A DNA stretch of 64,000 bases from an uncultured Pseudomonadota bacterium (GCA_963698375.1 CAVOQN010000002.1:582947-646946); one strand, 5' to 3'. Shown: positions 1-10,952, numbered from the stretch's first letter. Program-made: numbers and translations. The notes: generated by a model from the letters alone, not told the origin.

Positions 1-168
1 TTGGCGATTCGCATCGTAAGTAGGCTGGAGCAACGCGATCATGTCACTGTTGGATCTTTACAGGGCACATTATCAAGGAAACGTATAATAGGGATGGAGG
101 GATAGTTGTTTTTTGCATTCCTTTCAATTGGTCGTTATTCAACCCTCTCCCACCCGACAGTCTTCGCC

Positions 169-861
169 TTACTCGCGCCGTACATCCTCCACGATCTTGC
201 CGTCATGCAGCTTGATCAGCCGCCGGGAAAAATCCATGACCAGTTTGTCGTGGGTGGAGAAGATGAAGGTGACGTGGTGCTCGGTGTTCATATGTTGTAA
301 AAGCTGCATCAGATTCTCGGCGGTCTTTGAATCAAGATTCGCTGTTGGTTCGTCGGCGAGTACCAGGCTGGGCTCGGACACAATGGCGCGCGCCACGGCC
401 ACACGTTGCTGCTGCCCACCGGAGAGTTCGCCGGGGCGGCGATCCTCAAGCCCGTCGAGCGCGACCTCCTTGAGGATATCCATGGCGCGCGTGCGCCGCT
501 CGGCCGCCGGCACACCCTGTAATTGCATGACGAATTCGATGTTCTCGCGCGCCGTGAGCACCGGGATCAGGTTGTAGGCCTGGAACACGAAGCCGATGCG
601 ATGCAAGCGCATTTTGGCAAGCGCGCCCTTGTCGAGCGATGCCAGCGTAATGCCGTCTACATCGATTTCGCCGCTTGTGGGCCGATCCAGTCCACCGATG
701 AGATTGAGCAGTGTGCTTTTGCCGGAACCGGACGGACCTGACAGGCACAGGAAATCCTTTTTTGGTATTTCCAGGTTAATGTCTGTCAGCGCCTGCACGG
801 AGACCGTATTCTGACGGTATACCTTGCTGACTTGGCGACAGATGACGGTGTTTGGTTCCAT
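169..861 (-). CDS. ABC transporter ATP-binding protein (LolD/MacB-type)
   Basis: Walker A GPSGSGKST, signature LSGGQQQRV, Walker B LVLADEPT, H-loop STHD; start trimmed to MEPNTV at 861. Confidence 0.93.
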   Translation of the reverse strand: MEPNTVICRQVSKVYRQNTVSVQALTDINLEIPKKDFLCLSGPSGSGKSTLLNLIGGLDRPTSGEIDVDGITLASLDKGALAKMRLHRIGFVFQAYNLIPVLTARENIEFVMQLQGVPAAERRTRAMDILKEVALDGLEDRRPGELSGGQQQRVAVARAIVSEPSLVLADEPTANLDSKTAENLMQLLQHMNTEHHVTFIFSTHDKLVMDFSRRLIKLHDGKIVEDVRRE

Positions 862-865
862 GTGT

Positions 866-2101
866 CTAGGTCCTCGTAATTGCTTCAACCGGCACATAGC
901 GCGATGCACGCCATGCGGGATACAGGCTTGCAAGCACACCCAGCACCACGACAATGACATTCGCCGTTGTGATGTCGCCCGCGGCCAGTGCCGGATAGAT
1001 CACCGGGCTGACACCCATCATTTCCAGCCCTTCGGAAAAGGCCGACAAGTCGATACCACCGCGCAAGCTTGCCACGCTCGCCCACGACGCAAGATTGCCG
1101 AGGAGCAACGCCAGCATCAGCAACATCAGCGATTCGACCAGCACCTGACCGACAATGAAGCGCGGCGGCATACCGAGCGCCTGGAACAGACCGAACTCGC
1201 GGGTACGCTCGAACACCGCCATCAGCAGGGTGTTGATGAGTCCGAAGGCCATGGCCGCAAACACCACGGCAAACCAGATGAGCAGCACCACGTTGTTTAC
1301 CTTTTCGGTAAGCACCAGCAGTGGCTGCACCTCTGTCCAGGGTGCCACATCCAAATCCGGTGCAGCGAGGCGCAATGCCTGCACCTCGTTCTCGAGACTG
1401 TTGCGGTCGTGCGCCATCACCGCAATCTCGGACACATCACTGCCGATCTTGAGCATCATACGGGCGGTGTCGAGGCCGATGAACACGTAGCCGGTTTCCA
1501 TCGCCTGCGGGTCAGCACTGAATATGCCGACCACGCGGAACCCGCGATCGCCGATCTGATTGTTGGCGTCCTGGCTCATCAGCACCACGCGTCTCCCGAG
1601 CGCAGTTTCGAGGCGTTCCGCGAGTTTGCGGCCGAGCAACAGACCGGGGTCATCCGGCGAGGCGAGATACTTTCCCGAAGTGACCGCAGTGCTGATGAAG
1701 GACAGACCGCGTTCATGCTCCGGGTCGATGCCGACCAGCGTCACACCCGCCGACTCGCGTTCGCTCGAGATCACTGCCGGAACGCGTACGCGCGGGCTGG
1801 CGGCGACCACCGCTTTCTGCTCCAACGCCTGCGCCAGTGCTGCAGGCGGTGTGAAACGATGATCGACTGCCGGGTCGTCACGATATCCGGACGCGTGAAT
1901 CTGCACGTGTCCGGTGAGATTGAGGATCTCCTTCTTGATGTGCTGTTCCATGGAACCACGGATCAATGCCGCCATGACCACCATTGACCAGACACCGAGT
2001 GCGAGCGCAAACAACATCACTGCCGTGCGGCGCCGGTGGCGCCACAAATTGCGCCAGGCCAACGTTACCAGCAGCGGTGCGCGCGTTGCGTCAGACCGCA
2101 T
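866..2101 (-). CDS. ABC transporter permease (LolC/E-, MacB/FtsX-like)
   Basis: LAWRNLWR N-terminus, large periplasmic loop, ERTREFG motif, C-terminal YPAWRAS. Confidence 0.9.
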   Translation of the reverse strand: MRSDATRAPLLVTLAWRNLWRHRRRTAVMLFALALGVWSMVVMAALIRGSMEQHIKKEILNLTGHVQIHASGYRDDPAVDHRFTPPAALAQALEQKAVVAASPRVRVPAVISSERESAGVTLVGIDPEHERGLSFISTAVTSGKYLASPDDPGLLLGRKLAERLETALGRRVVLMSQDANNQIGDRGFRVVGIFSADPQAMETGYVFIGLDTARMMLKIGSDVSEIAVMAHDRNSLENEVQALRLAAPDLDVAPWTEVQPLLVLTEKVNNVVLLIWFAVVFAAMAFGLINTLLMAVFERTREFGLFQALGMPPRFIVGQVLVESLMLLMLALLLGNLASWASVASLRGGIDLSAFSEGLEMMGVSPVIYPALAAGDITTANVIVVVLGVLASLYPAWRASRYVPVEAITRT

Positions 2102-3329
2102 GGATGGCCTCCACCGGTTGCAGTTTGCGAATGCGCAATGCCGGATACAGCGCAGCGAGCAGGATGAACACCAGTATCACCGCGGGTCCAAGCAGGATGC
2201 TGGTGGCACTTAGCTTTGGATAGATCAGACCCGGCAGCCCGTACTCCCCCATCAGTTCTTTAAGGCCTGGATAGGTGAATCCGTATACCGACAGCGTGGC
2301 GGCCACCAGTACGCCAATGCCGAGACCAATGAGCAGCCCGATCAACGCGAGCAGTGCGGTCTCAATGAACACCAGCGTGCCGATACGCAGCGGCGTGGCA
2401 CCGAGTGCCAGCATGATGCCGAACTCGCGCGTGCGTTCCAGCACCGACATGATGAAGGTATTGAGGATGCTGAACGTCACGACCACGATCAGCGCGATAT
2501 AGGTGAACCAGCCGGTGGTCCAGTCCGCCTGGATGAGCTGCTTGAGTCCGGGAATGAGTCGTTCCCAATCGAGCGCCACCAATTTTGGCGTGGCAGGCAG
2601 TTGGCGATCGACCTCGCGTTGCAGTAATGGCAACTGCTTGATATCGGGCGCCAGCAAGGTAATGGCATGCGCACCCTGTCCCATGCCGAAAGTATCCTGA
2701 AAGGTGCGCAGCGGCATCTCCACCAGCACACGATCGAGGTCGCGCATACCGCTTTCAAAGATACCGACTACCGGGACAATGGTCGCCGCCACGGACCCAT
2801 CGAGGGCGGAACCGAGCAGCGTCAGCTCATCTCCGACCTTAATATGGAGATTCTTGGCCAGCGCTGCGCCGAGCACGGCCTCCTGGACTGAGTCGGCAGA
2901 GAGATAGCGGCCGCTTTTTATCAGCCCGGGAATTGTAGACACCCGTGTTTCGAAATCCGGTTCGGTACCGACTACCTGCACACCGAAGCTGCGCGTACCG
3001 CTCGCGGCCAGTGCAAAACTTTGCGCGCGCACCGCTATGCCTACGCCGCTCAACGCCGGATTCTGGCGCAAGCGCTGCGCCAGTGTCTGCGCATCCGGGA
3101 TGATGGTACGGATTTGCGGCTTGTCGAGATATCCCTCGCGCTGTACCTGCATCTGGCCGGTAAAGATGCGCAGGCTGCTGTCCACCATCAGATCGTAGGA
3201 GCCAAGCTGGAGCGTGATGAGAAACACCATGAGCACGGTGATGAACGCGATGGCCGATGCCGTCAGCCAGGTACGACGCTTATTGCGCCAGAGATTACGC
3301 CAGGCCAGACGCAGCACCACGTCTTCCAT
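2091..3329 (-). CDS. ABC transporter permease (LolC/E-, MacB/FtsX-like), paralog
   Basis: LAWRNLWRNKRR, ERTREFGIMLALG, overlaps the next permease gene. Confidence 0.9.
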   Translation of the reverse strand: MEDVVLRLAWRNLWRNKRRTWLTASAIAFITVLMVFLITLQLGSYDLMVDSSLRIFTGQMQVQREGYLDKPQIRTIIPDAQTLAQRLRQNPALSGVGIAVRAQSFALAASGTRSFGVQVVGTEPDFETRVSTIPGLIKSGRYLSADSVQEAVLGAALAKNLHIKVGDELTLLGSALDGSVAATIVPVVGIFESGMRDLDRVLVEMPLRTFQDTFGMGQGAHAITLLAPDIKQLPLLQREVDRQLPATPKLVALDWERLIPGLKQLIQADWTTGWFTYIALIVVVTFSILNTFIMSVLERTREFGIMLALGATPLRIGTLVFIETALLALIGLLIGLGIGVLVAATLSVYGFTYPGLKELMGEYGLPGLIYPKLSATSILLGPAVILVFILLAALYPALRIRKLQPVEAIHAV

Positions 3330-3332
3330 GCC

Positions 3333-4094
3333 CTACTCCCGTGGATTGCGCAAATTGGCGAGCGTGAACACGCTGGCCGGGATCGTAATGCCGAATTTCA
3401 CCTCGCGGGTTCGCACATCAGTCCATTCATTCGGCTTGTCCACTTTCTGCATGCGCTGGCGCGCGGCCACGATCTTGCCGCCCATCGGCTTCAGCTCCTG
3501 GGTCGTGAGTTTCTTCACGAGCGCGCCCTGCTGGTCATAGAAGGCATGCTCCAGCACCACGTAGTCATTGCGCACAGTCACGATTTCCCGTCCCCACACC
3601 ACCGGCGCGGCCTCCTTGGGAATTGACTCGATGATGTATACCTTATGGCCGTCCTGGGTTTTTGTCTCAAGCAGCTTGTGTGTGTACTGATCTATCAGGT
3701 CGTCGGCCTTGGAAAGATCATTGTTGGAAAAATCCGAGCCCATCCAGCTCTGGTTCATCATGCTGGAGGGAATCTTGATGACGCGATTGATCTTTGGCGT
3801 GAAACTCCACATGTCATTGTCGAGCAGCAGCGTGGCATTACCGGCATCTTTGGGCGGCGCCACAACGCGAACCAGTGACTGTTTGTCGCCACGTGTCCAG
3901 ACACGGAAGGTAACGGAACGCTGCCAGTCCGGGCGATGGATTACCATGTCGGCCACCGAGTACGACGAGACATCGCGCCAGTATTCGATCGCAGCCTTGA
4001 TCAGCGCCGCCGCGTCCGGTTCCTGCGCCCGGGTGCCGGAACAGAACAGAAACAGCAGGAAGGCAAGGCTGACTGAAAGTCGTTTGGTGGACAT
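3333..4094 (-). CDS. Outer membrane lipoprotein-sorting protein (LolA-like)
   Basis: Signal peptide from MSTKRL (4094); SWMGSDFSNNDL motif; C-terminal FTLANLRNPR; first gene of the ABC operon. Confidence 0.8.
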   Translation of the reverse strand: MSTKRLSVSLAFLLFLFCSGTRAQEPDAAALIKAAIEYWRDVSSYSVADMVIHRPDWQRSVTFRVWTRGDKQSLVRVVAPPKDAGNATLLLDNDMWSFTPKINRVIKIPSSMMNQSWMGSDFSNNDLSKADDLIDQYTHKLLETKTQDGHKVYIIESIPKEAAPVVWGREIVTVRNDYVVLEHAFYDQQGALVKKLTTQELKPMGGKIVAARQRMQKVDKPNEWTDVRTREVKFGITIPASVFTLANLRNPRE

Positions 4095-4250
4095 ACCTGT
4101 CTCGATCACGTTGCGGGGCCACGGGTGCAATGCGTGAGACACAATTAAATCGCAACCGGCCGGACCCGTCCAGTTTCGTGAGGCAAGACTACTGTAAGGC
4201 CGAAATTGAGTGCGAAGCCGTATGCGGTAGAAGCCGGCTGCAATGCTGCG

Positions 4251-4898
4251 TTAGTAACGCCGCGTAAGCTCCATCTTGTTGCCCTCGCGCTTCATATCCA
4301 GCGCGTTCAGAAACGACATACCGAGCAACGGCGTTTCCGGCTGCGGACCATCGATCACGCCCGCGACCACGTTGCGCAATACAATTTCGCCAACCTTTAC
4401 GGTGTCAAGCTTGACGCTATACACGCGCGCGTAACCGGAGGCGGTGCGAGCCGTCCCTGCCTGGCCCTTGGTGTAGTCGATGCCGGCACGCTTGGCGGTC
4501 GCCCTGTTCATGGCAATGGTATTGGCACCGGTATCCACCAGGAAAGTCATGGTGGCACCGTTAATAGAACCCTCGGCATGAAAAAAACCGTTGGCATCGG
4601 AGAACAGCGTGACACTTTCGCGCGTGGCACCCTGGAAAGCGGAAACAATAACTCCAAGCCGCAGGGTTTCGCGTTTACCGTTCAACTCCACCACCGCTTC
4701 TTCGGCCTGCGTGTCGGTGCTTAAGAGTTTCAAGCCTTCCGGGCTTTGCGCGCCGACGCTCAGAACACGGCGGGCGCCCTCCACATGCAGAATCGCTTTA
4801 TCTTTGAACAGCGCAAACAGTGTAATGTCCGCGGCATTTGCCACGGCCGTCAGCAAAGCAAACATCAGGAACAGCGTGCTGGACAACAGGCGGTTCAT
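4251..4898 (-). CDS. Clan AA (retropepsin-like) aspartic protease, TIGR02281-like
   Basis: FLVDTGA catalytic motif, LLGMSFL motif, signal peptide. Confidence 0.88.
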   Translation of the reverse strand: MNRLLSSTLFLMFALLTAVANAADITLFALFKDKAILHVEGARRVLSVGAQSPEGLKLLSTDTQAEEAVVELNGKRETLRLGVIVSAFQGATRESVTLFSDANGFFHAEGSINGATMTFLVDTGANTIAMNRATAKRAGIDYTKGQAGTARTASGYARVYSVKLDTVKVGEIVLRNVVAGVIDGPQPETPLLGMSFLNALDMKREGNKMELTRRY

Positions 4899-4936
4899 GG
4901 TTCCTGTCCTGAATAAGTCGCGCTAGAATCGTCGCG

Positions 4937-5650
4937 GTGACAAAAGAGATTTTGATCTTTCGGCATTACCCGACCGAAGGCCCCGGTTACTTCGCCCGGT
5001 TCCTCGACCGCCAGGGCATCCCGTATCGCACTATCAAGTTGGACGCTGGCGAATCCGTCCCTGAAAGCATAGCCCATATCCCCGGGCTGGTGCTCATGGG
5101 CGGACCGATGAGCGTGAACGATCCACTGCCGTGGATCCCGAAAATCCTGCATCTGATCCGCCAGGCGGTGGCCGCCGAGGTACCGGTACTCGGCCACTGC
5201 CTGGGCGGCCAGTTGATGTGCAAGGCGCTCGGCGGGCGTGTGCACCGCAACCACACGAAAGAGATTGGCTGGCTGCCGGTGCAGACTGTTGAATCACCGA
5301 AAACCGCCCAATGGTTGAACGGCCTGCCGCCTCATTTTGAGGTTTTCCACTGGCATGGTGAGACCTTCAGCATCCCGCCCGGGGCAACACATATATTGAG
5401 AAGTCGCTATTGCCGCAATCAGGGCTTCGTAATCGGCAAAAGTCTGGCGCTTCAGTGCCATGTGGAGATGACGCCAGAGTTGGTGCGGCGCTGGGCGCGC
5501 GACGGCGCCGGCGAGATCGGCCGGGCGCTGCCGGCCGCGGGTGTGCAGCGGCAAGCACAGATGCTTATTCGCTTGCAGGAGCGAGCTGCGCATCTCAACC
5601 GTATTGCCGATGTGTTTTACACGCGTTGGATTCATGGCTTGAAAAGCTAA
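4937..5650 (+). CDS. Class I glutamine amidotransferase
   Basis: MGGPMS, GHCLGGQ (catalytic Cys), QCHVE (His/Glu). Confidence 0.88.
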   Translation: MTKEILIFRHYPTEGPGYFARFLDRQGIPYRTIKLDAGESVPESIAHIPGLVLMGGPMSVNDPLPWIPKILHLIRQAVAAEVPVLGHCLGGQLMCKALGGRVHRNHTKEIGWLPVQTVESPKTAQWLNGLPPHFEVFHWHGETFSIPPGATHILRSRYCRNQGFVIGKSLALQCHVEMTPELVRRWARDGAGEIGRALPAAGVQRQAQMLIRLQERAAHLNRIADVFYTRWIHGLKS

Positions 5651-5766
5651 GACCCAATGCAAGCAAAGCATCGCCGATCCGATGACCCCAGTTCTGCGCT
5701 CGTGGTTGATCTTGCGTTCGTGCCTTTCGAAGGCCCAACGGAATCCGGCTCGCAGGCAATCCCCTG

Positions 5767-6670
5767 ATGTTGCGCATCGGTATTGATCTTGGCGGAACCA
5801 AGACCGAAGGCGTTGTACTGGACGCGTGCGGGTCTATTCTACAACGCGAACGCCGGCCGACACCGCAAGCCGACGGTTACCATGCAATCCTCGCCAGCAT
5901 CCACGCACTCGTGCTGGAACTTGAACAACGTGTCAACGCGACCTGTCGCATCGGCCTCGGCACGCCAGGTGCGATTTCCACCAAGACCGGACTCCTGAAG
6001 AATTCGAATACCGTTTGTCTCAACGGCCAGCCAATCAAACAAGATCTGGAGAAATTACTGGCGCGCGAAATCCGTATCGCCAACGACGCCAACTGTTTCG
6101 CGCTGTCCGAAGCGCTGGATGGCGCGGCGCACGACGGAGCAGTGGTATTCGGCGTGATCATCGGCACCGGTGTCGGCGGCGGCATTGTGGTCAACGGCCA
6201 ACTGCTTCGAAGGCGCGCAGCACATCGCCGGCGAGTGGGGGCACAACGTGCTGGAAGCGGATGGACCACCCTGCTACTGCGGCAAGCACGGCTGCGTCGA
6301 GACCTTTCTGTCCGGACCGGGACTGGCGCACGACTTTGTCGCGCACGGCGGCGATACCACTCTCGATGCGCGAGCGATTGTCGCAGCCGCCGAACACGGC
6401 GATGCGCTGGCAGAAGCGGCGCTGCAGCGTTATCTGGATCGCTTCGGACGCGCACTGTCGGTGGTGATCAACATTCTCGATCCCGACGCCATTGTGCTGG
6501 GCGGCGGCATGTCGAATATCGCCCGCCTCTACACCGAAGGCCGTGCAAGCGTAGGTCGTTATGTGTTCAACGACGAATTACGCACGCGCATTCTGCCGAA
6601 TCAGCACGGCGATAGTTCGGGTGTACGAGGTGCGGCGCAGCTTTGGAAAGCTGATCAACGCGACACTTAA
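5767..6670 (+). CDS. ROK-family sugar kinase (fructokinase/Mak-like), split by a frameshift near 6205
   Basis: GIDLGGTK, NDANCFALSEA, GTGVGGG in ORF 5767; AGEWGH, CYCGKHGCVE, LGGGMSN in ORF 6170..6670. Confidence 0.85.
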
Positions 6671-7042
6671 TGCCGCTACGCCACGTTGCGTACTGCGCTC
6701 GGTCTACCTACTTTGTTCTCCCGCTACGTCCCGTCCTGTAGTGGCTGATTACATCCATGAGCACTAAACTCTGCGCTGCATTATTCGCACCGGTCTCTCA
6801 CCGCTGGTGGAATTGAGCCGCAAACCGGTTAGCACGACGCACTGGCCGCGCAGAAATAAGCCCGCCACAGTGACTACACAGAGTGAGTGGATAATTCCAC
6901 CCACTCTGTGTTCCGAATATCGGCAATTGTTTGCACTGAACAGTGCTGTTTGACCAATGTCAAAGCAACACTGAAACGGTCCGCCTAGCATGGTGCCCAA
7001 GCCGGATGCTTCCGGTTTAAACCCGAATCAAGGAGATTCAAT

Positions 7043-7420
7043 ATGAAACCGCTTTACACAGGGAAAATTCTGATCGCCGCGGTACTGGCCACGATGGCCG
7101 GCAGCGTTGTAGCCGCCGATCAGGACCAGACCCGTACACAGAGTCAGATGATGACCCAGGATCAGATCAACAAGATGCCTGACCAGCAAATCTACGGCTC
7201 GCAGCTCATGACGCAGCAGGAACGCGATGCCCATCGCAAACAAATGCGCGCTGCCAAAACCTATGAAGAGCAGCAGCGCATCCGCAATGAGCACCACGAA
7301 CAGATGAAGGTGCGCGCCAAAGAGCGGGGCGTTACCCTGCCAGAGGTGCCGCCAGCAGGGCGTGGGCCGGGCATGGGCCCTGGAGGAGGCATGGGCCCAG
7401 GTGGTGGCGGTCGCAAGTAA
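7043..7420 (+). CDS. Exported Gln/Met/Gly-rich hypothetical protein
   Basis: RBS AAGGAG, signal peptide ending VVA-A, IYGSQLMTQQER core, GPGMGPGGG tail. Confidence 0.75.
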   Translation: MKPLYTGKILIAAVLATMAGSVVAADQDQTRTQSQMMTQDQINKMPDQQIYGSQLMTQQERDAHRKQMRAAKTYEEQQRIRNEHHEQMKVRAKERGVTLPEVPPAGRGPGMGPGGGMGPGGGGRK

Positions 7421-7471
7421 TTTACGCTCTCACCCGCATTACTTCAGGTGCAGGGCAACAAGCGGTATCAT

Positions 7472-7499
7472 CCGGGGCGCGCTGCGCCCCGGTGTTTTT
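7472..7499 (+). terminator. Intrinsic terminator
   Basis: CCGGGGCGC-gct-GCGCCCCGG followed by TGTTTTT. Confidence 0.6.
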
Positions 7500-7541
7500 C
7501 CGGCGCGGCTTCAACCCATTCAACGCAGGAATAACTTATCT

Positions 7542-8033
7542 ATGACCATGCGCATCCTTCTCTCGTTCTCCTGTCTTACCTTGCTCACTCCCTGTTTAGC
7601 AAGTGCCGCGGATACCTCTCCGGTGGTGCGGTACTCGGTGGAAGGAAAATACGAATATGTGCGCGATGACCTCATAAACGCCATCACCGGCCGTGGCCTG
7701 GTGATCGACCACAACTCGCACGTTGCCAAAATGCTGGATCGCACCGGCAAGGACCTTGGCACCACGAAGAGAATTTTCGGCCAGGATCAGGGACAGACGT
7801 TTTCGTTCTGCAGTTCGGTGGTTTCGCGCAAGACCATGGAGGCCGACCCGCACAACATCCTGTTCTGCCCCTACACCATCGCCCTCTACAGCACCCTGGC
7901 CGAACCCAAGAAGGTCTATCTCGCCTATCGCCGCCCGCAGCGCACAGACGACAGCGCCGCCTCCAAGGCCGCGCTCAAGGAGGTCGAAGCGCTGCTGGAC
8001 GGTATCGCCCGCGAGGCGCTGAATCTCAAGTAA
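7542..8033 (+). CDS. DUF302-family periplasmic protein
   Basis: Signal peptide from ATG 7542; MLDRTGKDLG, FSFCS, FCPY, YRRP motifs. Confidence 0.75.
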   Translation: MTMRILLSFSCLTLLTPCLASAADTSPVVRYSVEGKYEYVRDDLINAITGRGLVIDHNSHVAKMLDRTGKDLGTTKRIFGQDQGQTFSFCSSVVSRKTMEADPHNILFCPYTIALYSTLAEPKKVYLAYRRPQRTDDSAASKAALKEVEALLDGIAREALNLK

Positions 8034-8172
8034 TAGAAAACACTTTTCAGGGTTTGACGCGCATCAACGTTCACAAACGGGAAATCGGCTAAAAATAGGA
8101 AAATTGTTGGGGGCGATGTCTTCCCCAGTGCAGCCATTTTTAAACCAGCCAGGCACCCGCCAAGGAGGCAAC

Positions 8173-8679
8173 ATGCGTAATCTATTGCTGATTCTTTCCT
8201 CTGTCGTATTCATTGCGGCTTGCACCCCACCCAAACCAGCCGCCCCGGCGACTTCAGTCGTACGCTATAGCGTCGAAGGTGAATTCGACAGCGTACGCGA
8301 CGATGTGCAGAACGCCATCATTGCCAAGGGACTGGTCATCGACAACACCTCGTTCATCGCCAAGATGCTGGAACGCACCGGCAAGGACGTCGGCTCGACC
8401 AAGCCTGTTTTCACCGAGGGTCGCGGTCAGGCATTCTCCTTCTGCAGCGCCACAACTTCACGCAAAACCATGGAGGCCGACGCCCACAACATCGCCTTCT
8501 GTCCGTACTCGCTGGTTGTGTACAGCACAGTGGCTGAGCCCAAGAAAGTGTATGTGGCCTACAGACGCCCGGTACTGACCGAGGGCAGCGAGGCGGCCAA
8601 GACCTCGCTCAAGGAAGTGGAAACACTGCTCGATGGCATAGCACGCGATGCGCTGCGCCTGAAGGAGACGCCGAAGTAA
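8173..8679 (+). CDS. DUF302-family lipoprotein (paralog of upstream gene)
   Basis: RBS AAGGAGG, lipobox FIAA-C, MLERTGKDVG, FSFCS, FCPY. Confidence 0.75.
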   Translation: MRNLLLILSSVVFIAACTPPKPAAPATSVVRYSVEGEFDSVRDDVQNAIIAKGLVIDNTSFIAKMLERTGKDVGSTKPVFTEGRGQAFSFCSATTSRKTMEADAHNIAFCPYSLVVYSTVAEPKKVYVAYRRPVLTEGSEAAKTSLKEVETLLDGIARDALRLKETPK

Positions 8680-8694
8680 GCCGGTACCCAGCCG

Positions 8695-8718
8695 TGCGCC
8701 CCACAGTTGTGGGGCGCA
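8695..8718 (+). terminator. GC-rich hairpin after the DUF302 pair
   Basis: TGCGCCCCACA-gt-TGTGGGGCGCA; no strong U-tract. Confidence 0.4.
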
Positions 8719-8841
8719 ACCCGGCATTATAGAGAGATACGTGTCAGGTAATCTGCGGCGCGAGGACAACCTTGCCTCGTCGGATGATTACGCGTCCAGC
8801 AACCACCGGGTATACTACGCGCAAACGATAACGAGGTCCCC

Positions 8842-10563
8842 ATGCGCGTCTCCCGCTTCCTGTTGTCCACCGTTCGCGAAACCCCGGCTGAGGCCGAAAC
8901 CATCAGCCACCAGCTCATGCTGCGCGCCGGCATGATCCGCAAGCTCGCCGCCGGCGTGTACAGCTGGCTGCCGCTCGGCCTGCGCGTGCTGCGCAAGGTG
9001 GAAGGCATAGTGCGCGAAGAAATGAACCACGCCGGCGCCCAGGAAGTGCTGATGCCCGCGGTGCAGCCGGCCGAGTTGTGGCAGGAATCCGGCCGCTGGG
9101 AGAAATACGGTCCGGAATTGTTGCGCCTCAAGGACCGCCACCAGCGCGAATTCTGCATCGGCCCGACCCACGAGGAGGTCATCACCGACCTCATGCGGCG
9201 CGAGATCAAGAGCTATCGCCAGCTGCCGGCCAACTTCTACCAGATCCAGATGAAATTCCGCGACGAAATCCGTCCGCGTTTCGGCGTGATGCGCGCGCGT
9301 GAGTTCCTGATGAAGGACGCCTACTCGTTTCACGCCGACGAAGCATCGCTGCGCGAAACCTACGACGTGATGCACACTACCTATACGAATATCTTCAAGC
9401 GCGTCGGGCTCGAATTCCGTCCGGTGGCAGCCGACACCGGCAGCATCGGCGGCAATGCTTCACACGAATTCCATGTACTGGCCGAATCCGGCGAGGACAA
9501 CATCGCCATCTGCGACAAATGCCGGTACGCGGCAAATGTCGAGCTTGCCCAGGCACTGCCACCGGTAGGCAAGCGCGCCACAGGAACCAAACCGATGCAG
9601 ACAGTGGATACTCCCGGTCAGCATTCCATCGAAGACGTCAGCCGGTTCCTCAAGGTGAACCCGCAACAGACACTGAAAACCCTGCTGGTGAAAGGCACTG
9701 GCGGCGTGATTGCGCTGGTGCTGCGTGGCGATCATGAGCTGAATGCCGTCAAGGCCGAGAAATTACCCCAGGTAGCCAAGCCACTCATGTTCGTCACGCC
9801 CGGCGAGGTCGAACTGGCCGCCGGCTGCGAACCGGGTTCTATCGGCCCGGTGGACCTCAAGATCACCGTGATTGCCGACGAATCGGCTGCGCGCCTGAGC
9901 GACTTTGTGTGCGGCGCAAACATAAATGGCAAACACCTGATGAACGTGAACTGGGCGCGTGACCTACCGGAGCCGGCGGTGGCGGATATACGCAATGTTC
10001 TGGTCGGTGACCCCTGTCCCAACTCGCAGGAAAATAAGTGCCAGGGTACGCTCACGCTCAAGCGCGGGATCGAGGTCGGGCACATCTTTCAACTTGGCAC
10101 CAAGTACAGCGAGGCCATGCAGGCCACGGTGCTGGACGAAGCCGGCAATTCCGTTTTGATGCCCATGGGATGCTACGGCATTGGCGTATCGCGCGTGGTG
10201 GCCGCTGCCATCGAACAGAATCACGACCGCAACGGCATCATCTGGCCGGACACCATTGCGCCCTTTCATATCGCGCTCGTGCCAATCGGTTACCGCAAGT
10301 CAGACAAAGTGCGCGACACCATTGATCGGCTGTACAGCGAGTTGGTCCATGCCGGCTACGACGTGCTACTCGACGACCGCGACGAGCGTCCTGGCGTGAT
10401 CTTCGCTGATATGGACCTGATCGGCATCCCGCACCGCATCGTGATCGGCGACAAGGGTCTGACCAAGGGCGTGGCCGAGTACAAGGGCCGGCGGGATGCT
10501 GCCGCGCGCGAGATCCCATTGGATGACATTGCCACTGAAATTGGGCAGTTGGTGCATTGCTGA
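8842..10563 (+). CDS. proS: Proline--tRNA ligase
   Basis: [23 protein letters not shown], editing (INS) domain, [18 protein letters not shown]. Confidence 0.98.
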   Translation: MRVSRFLLSTVRETPAEAETISHQLMLRAGMIRKLAAGVYSWLPLGLRVLRKVEGIVREEMNHAGAQEVLMPAVQPAELWQESGRWEKYGPELLRLKDRHQREFCIGPTHEEVITDLMRREIKSYRQLPANFYQIQMKFRDEIRPRFGVMRAREFLMKDAYSFHADEASLRETYDVMHTTYTNIFKRVGLEFRPVAADTGSIGGNASHEFHVLAESGEDNIAICDKCRYAANVELAQALPPVGKRATGTKPMQTVDTPGQHSIEDVSRFLKVNPQQTLKTLLVKGTGGVIALVLRGDHELNAVKAEKLPQVAKPLMFVTPGEVELAAGCEPGSIGPVDLKITVIADESAARLSDFVCGANINGKHLMNVNWARDLPEPAVADIRNVLVGDPCPNSQENKCQGTLTLKRGIEVGHIFQLGTKYSEAMQATVLDEAGNSVLMPMGCYGIGVSRVVAAAIEQNHDRNGIIWPDTIAPFHIALVPIGYRKSDKVRDTIDRLYSELVHAGYDVLLDDRDERPGVIFADMDLIGIPHRIVIGDKGLTKGVAEYKGRRDAAAREIPLDDIATEIGQLVHC

Positions 10564-10706
10564 GTTATATCCAGTAGCATGCTGCGCAGGCTTGCCATTC
10601 GACAGATACCGCCAGCCTGCATCGCGACTCGCGAACGCCAGGAACGCAAGCTTGTCTCAGCGCGCCTCTTCCGGCGCCTGTTTATTTACTTACGGGGAGA
10701 GAGTCC

Positions 10707-10952
10707 ATGGAAAACAACATGAGTCCAGCAATGCGGTTCTTCTTTGTCGTCATTAGCAGCATCATGCTGCTTGGCATCTGGCTTACCGGCTTTGACAAGG
10801 CACACTGGATTCTGTACGTGCCCGTTGTATTCCTCTATTTAGCGGCCGTGACCGGCATTTGCCCCGGGCTTCATGCTTCCAGCAGGCTCTTCCCGGACAC
10901 AGGCAAAGCAAAAGCCAAGGCGAAACCCAAAGCACGACCCAAGAAACGTTGA
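10707..10952 (+). CDS. Small two-TM membrane protein (DUF2892/YgaP-like)
   Basis: Two hydrophobic segments, TGICP motif, Lys-rich tail, RBS GGAGAG. Confidence 0.65.
   Translation: MENNMSPAMRFFFVVISSIMLLGIWLTGFDKAHWILYVPVVFLYLAAVTGICPGLHASSRLFPDTGKAKAKAKPKARPKKR

Noticed and set aside
1-42. Possible gene start on the minus strand (MIALLQPTYDANRQ...)
   Set aside because: Only 14 codons are visible at the window edge; cannot be supported
6887-6895. DnaA-box-like AGTGGATAA in an intergenic region
   Set aside because: Single mismatched copy, no cluster and no origin-associated genes
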